Shown: positions 19,327 to 28,051, numbered from the stretch's first letter. The stretch: DNA of 32,215 nt from Candidatus Methylomirabilia bacterium (GCA_041497895.1 JBGQHJ010000040.1:1-32215), one strand, 5' to 3'. The notes: generated by a model not told the origin, from the letters alone. A program made the numbers and translations.

Positions 19327-20412
19327 TCACCGGGTGCGGAAGAACTCCTTCACCGTGGCGATCACCTCGTCCACCTCGGCCTCGGTGTGGCCGGCCGAGA
19401 TCGGCAGCGTGAGGATCTCGCCGACCAGGCGCTCGGTCACCGGCAGCAGGGGAGGATCGAAGGCCTCGACCGCCGGCTGCTTGTGGCTCGGCACCGGGTA
19501 GTGGATGCCGGTGGCGATGCCGCGCTCCTTGAGGAACCGGGCCAGCGCGTCGCGCTCCCGCGTGCGCACCACGTACAGGTGGTAGACGTGGCGGGCGCCC
19601 GGCGCCTCCACCGGCAGGCCCAGGGGCAGGCCGCCCAGGCCCGCGTGGTAGCGCGCGGCCAGGGCGCGGCGGTGGTCGTTCATGGCGTCGAGCCGGCGGA
19701 GCAGCACCCGGCCGATGGCGGCCTGGATGTCGTTGAAGCGCAGGTTGAAGCCGACCTCGGCGTGCACGTCCTTGTTGAGGCGGCCGTGGTCGCGCAGGCG
19801 CCGGCAGCGGGCGGCCACGTCGTCGTCGTCGGTGACCAGGAGGCCGCCGTCACCCATCACGGTGAGGTTCTTGGAGGGGTAGAAGGAGAACACGCCCGCG
19901 CGCCCGAACGAGCCGACCTTGCGACCCTGCCAGGCGGCCCCGTGGGCCTGGGCGCAGTCCTCGAGCAGCCAGAGGCTGCGCTCCGCGCAGAGACGCCGGA
20001 TGCCGTCGAGGTCGGCGGGGTGACCGTAGAGGTGCACCGGCACGAAGCCCACTGTTCGTGGAGAGGCCTTCGCAGCGGCGTCCTTCAAATCGACGGTGTA
20101 GGAGTCGTCGTCGACGTCGACGAAGACCGGCCGCGCGCCCGCGAAGCAGACCGCCTCCACGGTGGGGAAGGCGGTGTGCGAGGGCACCAGCACCTCGTCG
20201 TCGTTCTTGACCCCGAAGGCCTTGAGCGCCATCCAGATTGCGGCGGTGGCGCTGCTCGTGAGCACCGCGTGCCTGGTGCCCAGGTAGCGCGCGAATTCCT
20301 GCTCGAAGGCCTTGCACTCGGGCCCGAGGATGTACTGCCGCGAGTCGATGGCCGCGAGCACCGCGGCCTTGATCTCGTCGTCGACCGGCGGGCGGGAGAG
20401 CGGAACGGACAT
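19327..20412 (-). CDS. DegT/DnrJ/EryC1/StrS PLP-dependent sugar aminotransferase
   Basis: ILGPECKAFE, SSATAA, PVHLYG, EDCAQAHGA, FSFYPSKNL (PLP Lys), GDGG, GFNLR, GIHYP. Confidence 0.94.
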   Translation of the reverse strand: MSVPLSRPPVDDEIKAAVLAAIDSRQYILGPECKAFEQEFARYLGTRHAVLTSSATAAIWMALKAFGVKNDDEVLVPSHTAFPTVEAVCFAGARPVFVDVDDDSYTVDLKDAAAKASPRTVGFVPVHLYGHPADLDGIRRLCAERSLWLLEDCAQAHGAAWQGRKVGSFGRAGVFSFYPSKNLTVMGDGGLLVTDDDDVAARCRRLRDHGRLNKDVHAEVGFNLRFNDIQAAIGRVLLRRLDAMNDHRRALAARYHAGLGGLPLGLPVEAPGARHVYHLYVVRTRERDALARFLKERGIATGIHYPVPSHKQPAVEAFDPPLLPVTERLVGEILTLPISAGHTEAEVDEVIATVKEFFRTR

Positions 20413-20415
20413 CAG

Positions 20416-20455
20416 CGAGATCCTCCTGGTTAAGACGAGATCCTCCTGGTTAAGA
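20416..20455. repeat. Perfect 20-bp tandem duplication
   Basis: CGAGATCCTCCTGGTTAAGA x2 (20416-20435, 20436-20455). On the minus strand each copy carries TAA followed by AGGAGG. Confidence 0.95.
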
Positions 20456-20944
20456 GTGGAGCCGGGAGTACTTGCCGCGGAAGTACAGCAGCGGCTCGAG
20501 GCCCCCGTGGTCGCGGCAGTCGGCCGCGTCGACCTGGGCCACGAAGATCGTGTGGTCGCCGCCCGGGTAGGCGTGGACCACGGTGCACTCGATCGCGGCC
20601 AGGGCGTCGTCCAGGATCGGCAGGCCGGCGGCCCCCGGGCGGTACTCGAGGCCGGCGAACTTCTCGTCCCCGGAGGCGGTGGGCGCGGTGGCGAACCGGC
20701 GCGAGACGGCCTCCTGGCCGGTGCTCAGGATGTTCACCGCGAAGCGGCCCGCCGACTTGATCGCGGGATAGCTCTGCGCCTTCTGGGACACGCACACCAG
20801 GATGAGCGGCGGGTGGAGCGACACCGACGTGAACGAGCTGGCGGTGAGGCCGGTGGGCCGGTGGTCGGCGTCCCAGGCGGTGATGATGGTCACCCCGGTG
20901 GCGAAGTGACTCATCGCACGGCGGAAGTCGTCGGGTCCGAGCAC
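20450..20944 (-). CDS. Flavin reductase (HpaC/RutF-like)
   Basis: FRRAMSHFATGVTIIT, GLTASSFTSVSLHPPL, FAVNIL, GGDHTIF, PLLYFRG. Confidence 0.93.
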   Translation of the reverse strand: MLGPDDFRRAMSHFATGVTIITAWDADHRPTGLTASSFTSVSLHPPLILVCVSQKAQSYPAIKSAGRFAVNILSTGQEAVSRRFATAPTASGDEKFAGLEYRPGAAGLPILDDALAAIECTVVHAYPGGDHTIFVAQVDAADCRDHGGLEPLLYFRGKYSRLHS

Positions 20945-20950
20945 TTGATC

Positions 20951-20979
20951 GTTGTAGCAAGTCCCGCCCGATTTTTCAA
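20951..20979 (-). promoter_or_regulatory. Sigma70-type promoter directly in front of the flavin reductase GTG
   Basis: Minus strand: TTGAAA-N17 (ending TGc)-TACAAC-6 nt-GTG. Confidence 0.55.
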
Positions 20980-21031
20980 GTTCTCCGAGGGCTTGGACGG
21001 CAGGGCGCCCGGTCCATGGGAGGAGCCAGCC

Positions 21032-21355
21032 ATGCCAGACGAATCCCTCCTGCGCGAGCGCGCCCGGATCGCGATACGGAACGGAAAGATCCCCTCTCGC
21101 CTACCGGATCGCACGTGGGGAGGTCCCGGCGTCGGCGCCGCGTGCTCGGTGTGCGACCTGCCCATCGGGAAGGATCAGCTGGAATTCGAGATCCAGTTCG
21201 CCTGCGATGGTCCGGAGCCGGGGCTCGACAAGTACCACGCGCACGTCCGGTGCTTCGCGGCCTGGGGGTTCGAGCGGCGGGGCGCGTACGGGCCACCCGA
21301 GAAGCGGTGCGGAGGTGGCGCTCCGCGGCACCGACACGTATACTGCCCGCAGATC
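21032..21355 (+). CDS. Small Cys/His-rich putative metal-binding domain, open in frame into mrp
   Basis: SD GGAGGAG then ATG at 21032; PDRTWGGPGVGAACSVC...HAHVRCFAAW; no stop before the mrp ATG at 21356. Confidence 0.65.
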
Positions 21356-22468
21356 ATGGCCACGCCTGCCGCCCCAACCGAGCGCACCGTCCTCGACGCG
21401 CTCCGAGCGATCCGCGATCCCGACCAGGGGCAGGACATCGTCGCCCTCGGGCTCGTGAAGGAGATTCGCATCCAGGACGCGGAAGTGTCCTTCACGCTGG
21501 CGTTCGCGGGCCAGGCGCCCGCGACCAAGGCCGCGCTCCACAGCGGCGCCTCCAAGGCGGTGGCCCAGCTGCCCGGGGTGAGCCGGGTGAGCGTGAAGAT
21601 GGGATCGGGGCCGGCCCGGCCCCAGGCGGCCGCGCCGGCCGCCCACGCGCACGGCCAGGGCGGGCCGCCGCCGGCCGAGTTCATCCCGGAGGTGAAGCAC
21701 ACCATCGCGGTCTCCTCGGGCAAGGGCGGCGTCGGCAAGTCCACCGTCGCGGTGAACCTGGCGCTCGCGCTCAAGCAGTCCGGCGCGCAGGTCGGGCTGG
21801 TCGACGTGGACGTCTACGGGCCCGACGTGCCGCTGATGATGGGCGCCAAGGGGCGCCCCGGCATGTTCGACAACAAGATCATCCCGGTCGAGGCCCACGG
21901 CATCAAGATCATGTCGATCGGGCTCCTGGTGGCCGAGCGCGAGGCCCTCGTGTGGCGCGGCCCGATGATCCACTCGGCGGTGCAGCAGTTCCTGCGCGAC
22001 GTCAACTGGGGGCCGCTCGACTACCTGGTCTTCGACATGCCGCCCGGCACCGGCGACGCCCAGCTCTCGCTCTCGCAGGTCGTCCCGCTCTCCGGGGTGG
22101 TCATGGTGACCACCCCCCAGGAGGTCGCGCTCCTCGACGTGCGCAAGGCGCTCGGCATGTTCCGCAAGCTCAACGTGCCGATCCTCGGCATCGTCGAGAA
22201 CATGAGCTACTTCGTCGCCCCCGACACCGGCCGCCGCTACGGCATCTTCGGCGAGGGCGGCGGCCAGCGCGTGGCCGACGAGTTCGGGGTGCCGCTGCTG
22301 GGCCAGATCCCCCTCGAGATGGAGACGCGCGCGGGAGGCGACGCGGGGGTGCCGATCACCGTCGGCCAGCCGGACTCGGCGCAGGCGCAGGCCTTCCGGA
22401 GCATCGCGGCCGCGGCGGTGGCGCGGATCGAGGCGGTGGCCGCGCTCAAGCTCCCCGACCTGCGGTAG
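21356..22468 (+). CDS. mrp: Mrp/ApbC/Nbp35 P-loop ATPase with N-terminal DUF59-like domain
   Basis: DPDQGQDIV, SSGKGGVGKST, DVDVYGP, WRGPM, DMPPGTGD, VTTPQ, ENMS, IFGEGGG. Confidence 0.93.
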   Translation: MATPAAPTERTVLDALRAIRDPDQGQDIVALGLVKEIRIQDAEVSFTLAFAGQAPATKAALHSGASKAVAQLPGVSRVSVKMGSGPARPQAAAPAAHAHGQGGPPPAEFIPEVKHTIAVSSGKGGVGKSTVAVNLALALKQSGAQVGLVDVDVYGPDVPLMMGAKGRPGMFDNKIIPVEAHGIKIMSIGLLVAEREALVWRGPMIHSAVQQFLRDVNWGPLDYLVFDMPPGTGDAQLSLSQVVPLSGVVMVTTPQEVALLDVRKALGMFRKLNVPILGIVENMSYFVAPDTGRRYGIFGEGGGQRVADEFGVPLLGQIPLEMETRAGGDAGVPITVGQPDSAQAQAFRSIAAAAVARIEAVAALKLPDLR

Positions 22469-22485
22469 TCGGGCGGGGGACGAGG

Positions 22486-23124
22486 GTGGCGACCCAGGTC
22501 TCGCTCCCGATCTTTCCCCTCCCGGACCTCACGTTCTTCCCGCACACGATGCTGCCGCTGCACATCTTCGAGGCGCGCTACCGCGCGATGATCACCGACT
22601 GTCTCTCCCGGGACCGGCGCCTCGCGGTGGTGGGGCTGCGCCCGGGTTACGAGGCGTCCTACGAGGGCCGCCCGGCAGTCTACGAGGTGATGGGGGTGGG
22701 GCGCATCGTGCAGTGGGAGCGGATGGCCACCGGCCGGTACAACCTGCTGCTGCAGGGCCAGTGCCGCGCGCGCATCGACCGCGAGCTGCCGGCCGACACC
22801 CTCTACCGCATGGTCGCGGCCACTCCGCTCGAGGACACCGGCGCCGATGGCCCGGCGGTCGCGGCGCTGGCCGGTCGGGTCAAGAGCCGCTGCGCGCAGA
22901 TCCTGGCCACCGTCGGGCGCTCGGGAGTCGAGCTCCAGGAGACGCTCGACGCGCTGATCGAGCCCGGCCGGCTGTGCGACCAGATCGCCTCGACGCTGGT
23001 GCCGACCCCCGCGACCCGCCAGGCTCTTCTGGAAGAGCTGCACGTCGAACGCCGGCTGGAGCGGTTGGCCGCGGCGCTCGACGACCTGCTGAGCCACCTG
23101 ACCGGTGAAGGCGGGCGCACGTGA
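22486..23124 (+). CDS. Stand-alone LON peptidase N-terminal substrate-binding domain protein
   Basis: LPIFPL, FFPHTMLPLHIFEARYRAM, GRYNLLLQG, RQALLEE; no AAA or protease domain; 212 aa. Confidence 0.88.
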   Translation: MATQVSLPIFPLPDLTFFPHTMLPLHIFEARYRAMITDCLSRDRRLAVVGLRPGYEASYEGRPAVYEVMGVGRIVQWERMATGRYNLLLQGQCRARIDRELPADTLYRMVAATPLEDTGADGPAVAALAGRVKSRCAQILATVGRSGVELQETLDALIEPGRLCDQIASTLVPTPATRQALLEELHVERRLERLAAALDDLLSHLTGEGGRT

Positions 23125-23813
23125 GGCGGGCCCTCGCCTCGCTCGCGCTGCTCCTGACCTGCCTCGCCCCAGCGGCCGAGGCGGCGACGCGCTGGGGCTG
23201 GCTCGGGGTGCGCATCCGCGATCTCTCCGAGCAGGAGATGGAGGACATCTCCAAGCGCTTCGGCATGCGCGAGGGCTTCGGGGCGGTGATCGTCGAGGTC
23301 ATCAAGGAGACGCCCGCTGCGGCCGCCGGCCTGCGCACCGGCGATCTGGTGGTCGCCTTCCGCGACCGGCCGGTGGTCGACACCCGGAGCCTGCAGCGCG
23401 CGATCGCCTCGACGTCGGTGGGCGAGACGGTGCGCCTCACGGTTCTGCGGACCGAGGAGGGTCGTCGGCCGGTGCAGGTGAAGGTGGGCGCCATGCCCGA
23501 CGCGATGGCCGCCGATCGGGTCGCCGCCGAGTACGGCTTCTTCGTGCGCGATCCGGAGGCGCAGCCGGAGCTGGGCGGGGCCCGGCCGAGCGCGGTGCCG
23601 TCGGTCGCGGCGGTCCTGCCGCGCAGCCGCGCCGAGCGCGCGGGGATGCAGGTGGGCGACGTGCTCACCGAGGTGAACGGCCGGCCGGTCGTCACCCTGG
23701 ACGCGGTCCGCGAGGCGTTGCTCGCCGCGGGCCCCGACGGGCCGCTGCCCCTGATCTTCCGCCGCGACCAGGAGCAGATCGCGGTGACCCTCGACCCCAA
23801 CCCCGCCCGGTGA
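23121..23813 (+). CDS. Secreted tandem-PDZ protein (HtrA-type PDZ domains, no protease domain)
   Basis: Signal peptide ending AEA; GWLGVRI, TPAAAAGLRTGDLV, SRAERAGMQVGDVLTEVNG; GTGA overlap with the LON-N gene. Confidence 0.85.
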   Translation: MRRALASLALLLTCLAPAAEAATRWGWLGVRIRDLSEQEMEDISKRFGMREGFGAVIVEVIKETPAAAAGLRTGDLVVAFRDRPVVDTRSLQRAIASTSVGETVRLTVLRTEEGRRPVQVKVGAMPDAMAADRVAAEYGFFVRDPEAQPELGGARPSAVPSVAAVLPRSRAERAGMQVGDVLTEVNGRPVVTLDAVREALLAAGPDGPLPLIFRRDQEQIAVTLDPNPAR

Positions 23814-23825
23814 GGTGGCGCCCGT

Positions 23826-25163
23826 ATGGATAGTGGAGATCTCTGGCGGCTGTCGGCGACGCAGGCGGCGGAGCTGATCCGGGCCGGGAAGATCGCGTCC
23901 GAGGAGCTGGTCGCCGCGTGCCTCGAGCGCGTGGCCGACGTCGAGCCGGACGTGCAGGCGTGGACCTTCCTCGACCCGGAGCACGCGCTGGCGCAGGCGC
24001 GCGAGGCCGACGCGTGGAGGCGGGCCGGCCGGCCGCTCGGGGGCCTGCACGGCGTGCCGGTCGGGCTCAAGGACATCATCGACACCGCCGACATGCCCAC
24101 CGAGAACGGGTCGGTGCTGCACGCCGGGCGGATGCCGTCGCGGGACGCCGCGGTGACCGAGCTGCTGCGCGCCGCCGGCGCGGTCGTCATGGGCAAGACG
24201 GTCACCACCGAGTTCGCCACCCGCACCCCCGGCAAGACGCGCAACCCGCACGATCCGGCCCACACGCCCGGTGGCTCCTCGAGCGGCTCGGCCGCGGCGG
24301 TGGCCGCGGGCATGGTTCCGCTCGCCCTCGGCAGCCAGACCGGCGGCTCCACGATCCGGCCCGGGTCCTACTGCGGGGTGTTCGCGCTCAAGCCGACCCA
24401 CGGGCTGATCTCTCGGCACGGCATGTTCCGTCTCTCGCGGAGCCTCGATCACGTGGGGCTCTTCGCGCGCGGCGTCGAGGATCTCGGGCTCTTGCTCGAG
24501 GAGCTGGCCGGTCACGACGAGCGGGATCCCGACACGCATCCGCGCGCGCGGGGGCCGTACCGCTCGGTGGCGCTCGAGGAGCCGCCGAGTCCGCCTCGCT
24601 TCGGCTTCTTCCGCACCGGGCGCTGGAGCCGGGTCGCCGGGGACGCCCAGGCGGCCCTCGTCGACCTAATCACGCGCCTGGGCGCGCAGGTGGAGGAGGT
24701 CGAGCTGACCGTCGGGGCCGACGAGTGGGCCGAGCGGCACCGGGTGGTGATGGACGCCGAGGTCGCGCTCAACCTGCGGCACGAGTGGGAAGCCGGGCGG
24801 GATCGGCTCTCGCCCGCGCTCCGCGCGCGCATCGAGAGCGGGCGAGGCGGCGGGGCGCTCGAGTACCTGCAGGCGAGGGCCGCGGTGCCCGCGCTTCAGG
24901 CGACGTTCGCGGAGCTGCTGGAGCAGCGCTACGACGCGATCCTGACGCCCGCCGCGGAAGGCACCGCGCCCGCCGGCCTCCAGTCGACCGGGGAGCCGAC
25001 CTTCTGCACGCTCTGGACGCTGCTCGGCCTGCCCGCGGTGAGCGTGCCGCTCCTGCGGGGAGCCAACGGTCTGCCGCTCGGCGTGCAGCTGGTCGGGGCG
25101 CGCCACGGCGACGGTCGGCTGCTGCGGACCGCGCGGTGGCTGGTGGAGGCGGTCGGCGAGTAG
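23826..25163 (+). CDS. Amidase signature family enzyme
   Basis: GVPVGLKD (Lys), GKTVTTEFA, PGGSSSGSAAAV, GSQTGGSTIRP (Ser), GLPLGVQL. Confidence 0.93.
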   Translation: MDSGDLWRLSATQAAELIRAGKIASEELVAACLERVADVEPDVQAWTFLDPEHALAQAREADAWRRAGRPLGGLHGVPVGLKDIIDTADMPTENGSVLHAGRMPSRDAAVTELLRAAGAVVMGKTVTTEFATRTPGKTRNPHDPAHTPGGSSSGSAAAVAAGMVPLALGSQTGGSTIRPGSYCGVFALKPTHGLISRHGMFRLSRSLDHVGLFARGVEDLGLLLEELAGHDERDPDTHPRARGPYRSVALEEPPSPPRFGFFRTGRWSRVAGDAQAALVDLITRLGAQVEEVELTVGADEWAERHRVVMDAEVALNLRHEWEAGRDRLSPALRARIESGRGGGALEYLQARAAVPALQATFAELLEQRYDAILTPAAEGTAPAGLQSTGEPTFCTLWTLLGLPAVSVPLLRGANGLPLGVQLVGARHGDGRLLRTARWLVEAVGE

Positions 25164-25170
25164 GGCCGGG

Positions 25171-25229
25171 CCCCTCACCGCGCCCCTCACCCTGCCCTCT
25201 CCCCTTAGGGGAGAGGGGGGAAAGGGGGG
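25171..25229. repeat. BoxC-like intergenic palindromic element
   Basis: CCCCTCACC x2 (25171, 25183), then the hairpin CCCTCTCCCC-tta-GGGGAGAGGG (25195-25217). Confidence 0.7.
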
Positions 25230-25247
25230 CGGTATACTACCCGGGTC

Positions 25248-27005
25248 ATGATCGTCCTGGGCGTGACCGAGACCCACTGCGCGACCGCGGCGGTGCTCCG
25301 CGACGGCCGCGTCATCGGCTGCGCCTCCGAGGAGCGCTTCAGCCGGCTCAAGAACGACGCGGGCTACCCGCGCCGGGCCATCGACGCCTTGCTGCGCCAG
25401 CTCGACATCCGGCCCGATCAGATCGACCTGGTCGCGCTGGCGGGCGCCCGGGCGGCCTCGCGCGAGTGGCTGAACCGGGTGCTGCACGACGAGGACTACG
25501 CCCGGGGGTACTACGGGGTGGCGTGGCCCTCGCGCCGGCGGGCGCTCGAGAAGAAGGTCCGGAAGTGGGGTGCGAAGTTCGGCCTCATCGACGCCTCCCG
25601 CGGCAAGTTCGGCATCTCGCAGCGCGAGCGGCTCGGCGCGGTCACCGAGCACCTGGGCATCGCCGCGGAGCGCATCGCCTGCCTCGATCATCACACCTGT
25701 CACGCCGCCGCGGCCTACTGGGGCTCGGGCTTCGCGGGGCGCCCCGCCCTGGTGCTCACCAACGACAACTCGGGCGACGGCCTCTGCGCCACCGCCTCGA
25801 CCGGGTCGGGCCTGGGCCTCGATCGGCACGAGGCCACCCCGAGCGCGCCCGGCTCGGTGGGCGCGTTCTACTCGTTCGTCACGCTGGCGCTGGGCATGAA
25901 GTTCGGCGAGCACGAGTACAAGGTGATGGGCCTGGCGCCGTACGCGCCGGACAGGTACGCGCGGCGCGCGGAGGAGGCTCTGCGCGCGGTGTTCGACCTC
26001 GAGGCGGGCCGGCCGGCCCGCTTCCGCTGGCGCGCCCCCGGCGAGCGCTACCAGCTCCTGCTGCGCGCCATGGTGGGCCTGCGCTTCGACTGGGTCGCGG
26101 GCGGCGCCCAGCGGCTGCTGGAGGACGTGCTGCTCCGGTGGGCGCGGCTCATGCGAGAGCGCTACGGCGGCGGGCGCCTGGCGCTGGGCGGCGGCGTGTT
26201 CATGAACGTGAAGGCCAACATGCTCATCGGCCAGGAGGACTGGGTCGAGGAGCTGTTCGCGTTCCCGTCCTCGGGAGACGAGTCCAACGCGGTGGGCGCG
26301 GCCTACCTGGGCTACCTGCAGGAGTGCGGCCGTCGCGGGATCGTCGCGACCCCGCAGGCCTTCGGGCCCGCCTACCTGGGCCAGTCGGTGACCGACGACG
26401 AGGCCGAGCAGGTCATCCGCGAGCGCGGGCTCGAGGGGCAGTACAAGGTCGGCTATCACGACCGTATCGAGGAGCGCATCGCGGAGCTGCTGGTCTCGGA
26501 CGGGGTGGTGGCCCGCTGCGCCGGGCGCATGGAGTTCGGGGCCCGCGCCCTCGGCAACCGCTCGATCCTGGCCAACCCGTCGGATCACCGCGTGGTCGGC
26601 CTGATCAACCGCATGATCAAGAACCGCGATTTCTGGATGCCGTTCGCGCCCACCGTGCTCGCCGAGCGGGCGGGGGACTATCTCGTCAACCCCAAGGGCC
26701 TGGCCTCGCCCTACATGATGCTGGCGATGCCTACCCGGCCCGAGGCGCGGGACGCGCTCGCGGCGGCGATCCATCCCCAGGACGCGACCGCGCGGCCGCA
26801 GATCCTCGAGCGCGAGTGGAACCCGGAGTACCACGCGGTGATCCGGGAGTTCGAGCGCCGGACCGGCGTGGGCGCGGTGCTGAACACCTCGTTCAACCTC
26901 CACGGCGAGCCCATCGTGGCGACCGCCGCCGACGCGGTCGACACCTTCGAGCGCTCCGGCCTGCCGCACCTGGCGATCGGCCACTGGCTCCTCTCGAAGA
27001 AGTAA
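25248..27005 (+). CDS. NodU/CmcH/TobZ-family O-carbamoyltransferase
   Basis: SEERFSRLK, HHTCHAA, EYKVMGLAPY, GGVFMNVKAN, EFGARALGNRSILA, IKNRDFWMPFAP, LNTSFNLHGEPIV. Confidence 0.94.
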   Translation: MIVLGVTETHCATAAVLRDGRVIGCASEERFSRLKNDAGYPRRAIDALLRQLDIRPDQIDLVALAGARAASREWLNRVLHDEDYARGYYGVAWPSRRRALEKKVRKWGAKFGLIDASRGKFGISQRERLGAVTEHLGIAAERIACLDHHTCHAAAAYWGSGFAGRPALVLTNDNSGDGLCATASTGSGLGLDRHEATPSAPGSVGAFYSFVTLALGMKFGEHEYKVMGLAPYAPDRYARRAEEALRAVFDLEAGRPARFRWRAPGERYQLLLRAMVGLRFDWVAGGAQRLLEDVLLRWARLMRERYGGGRLALGGGVFMNVKANMLIGQEDWVEELFAFPSSGDESNAVGAAYLGYLQECGRRGIVATPQAFGPAYLGQSVTDDEAEQVIRERGLEGQYKVGYHDRIEERIAELLVSDGVVARCAGRMEFGARALGNRSILANPSDHRVVGLINRMIKNRDFWMPFAPTVLAERAGDYLVNPKGLASPYMMLAMPTRPEARDALAAAIHPQDATARPQILEREWNPEYHAVIREFERRTGVGAVLNTSFNLHGEPIVATAADAVDTFERSGLPHLAIGHWLLSKK

Positions 27006-28051
27006 TGGCGGCGCGCGCGCCGGGTGAGGCGGGCGGCGCGGCGGCCCTCCCCACCGTCGAGGCGCCCTGCTTTCTCTGCGGCGCCCTCGACGCGCGGCCG
27101 CTCTGGGCCACGCCCGATCGCGCCTTCGCGGTGCCGGGCGTCTACGCGGTCGCGCGCTGTCTCCGCTGCGGCTTTCTCTACCAGCGGCCGCGCGTGCGCG
27201 ACGACCACCTCGCCGACTGCTACCCCGACCACTACCCGCGCCACCAGGAGCCGTCGCCCCGGATCCCGTTCAAGGGCGGGTCGGCGCGCGTGCGCGCGGT
27301 ACGCTGGGCGCTCGCGTGGGGGCTCGGGTACACCGCGTGGCGCAGCGGCCGGGCCGGGCTCCTCACCCGGCTGCGCGCGCGCCTCATGCTGCGTCGCCTG
27401 CGCTGGGACTGCCCGCCGTGGCGCGGGCGCGGCCGCTATCTCGACGTCGGGTGCGGCTCGGGCGGGGCGCTCGGGGTGGCCCGGGCGCTCGGCTGGCAGG
27501 TGGCCGGGGTCGAGGTGGACGAGGCGGCGGCCGCGAAGGCGCGGCGCTTCAGCGCGCGGGTGCACGCGGGCGATCTGCAGGCGGCGCCGTTCGCGGCGGG
27601 CGAGTTCGACCTCATCACCGCCTTCCACGTGCTGGAGCACGTGCCGGATCCGGTGGGCGCGGTGCGGCGCATGCTCGGCTGGCTCGCTCCCGAGGGGCTG
27701 CTCGTGATCGAGGTGCCGAACGCGGGCGGGCTCGGGGCGCGCCTCTTCGGCCGCGCCTGGTCGGGTCTCGAGCTGCCGCGTCACCTCTCGCACTTCACCC
27801 CCGCGACGCTCGAGCGGGCGGTCGGGCAGGCCGGCGGGCGCGTGGTCTGGTGCTGGCACCAAGCGAAGCCGCGCTACTACCTCTGGAGCCTCGGGTTCTG
27901 GCTGCGCGACCACGGGGTGTCGTGGCTCGCGCGCGTGGCCGAGTGGCGCCCCGTGTACGGCGCCCTCAAGCTGGCCCTCGAGCTCACGCTGCCTCTGGCG
28001 CGCTGGGCGCGGCGCGGCGAGGTCATCCGGATCGGGATCGAGCGGGCCTAG
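27005..28051 (+). CDS. Class I SAM-dependent methyltransferase with N-terminal CxxC...CxxC
   Basis: TAATG overlap with the carbamoyltransferase; CFLC...CLRC; LDVGCGSG, FDLITAFHVLEHVPDP, EVPN, PRHLSHF. Confidence 0.9.
   Translation: MAARAPGEAGGAAALPTVEAPCFLCGALDARPLWATPDRAFAVPGVYAVARCLRCGFLYQRPRVRDDHLADCYPDHYPRHQEPSPRIPFKGGSARVRAVRWALAWGLGYTAWRSGRAGLLTRLRARLMLRRLRWDCPPWRGRGRYLDVGCGSGGALGVARALGWQVAGVEVDEAAAAKARRFSARVHAGDLQAAPFAAGEFDLITAFHVLEHVPDPVGAVRRMLGWLAPEGLLVIEVPNAGGLGARLFGRAWSGLELPRHLSHFTPATLERAVGQAGGRVVWCWHQAKPRYYLWSLGFWLRDHGVSWLARVAEWRPVYGALKLALELTLPLARWARRGEVIRIGIERA

Noticed and set aside
18187..20412. Aminotransferase TGA in frame with the downstream glycosyltransferase (possible readthrough or Sec fusion)
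   Set aside because: Being in frame has a 1-in-3 chance; both proteins are complete on their own and no SECIS-like context is evident.
20416..20455. Direct repeat as a CRISPR array or att site
   Set aside because: Only two adjacent copies with no spacer, and no cas, integrase or tRNA gene nearby.
20312..21031. Further N-terminal extension of the 718-aa Mrp ORF
   Set aside because: It is antisense to the flavin reductase and aminotransferase; the first SD-supported start is 21032.
23918..28051. 1377-aa ORF
   Set aside because: Only the part from ATG 27005 (methyltransferase) is real; upstream is an out-of-frame overlap with the amidase and carbamoyltransferase.
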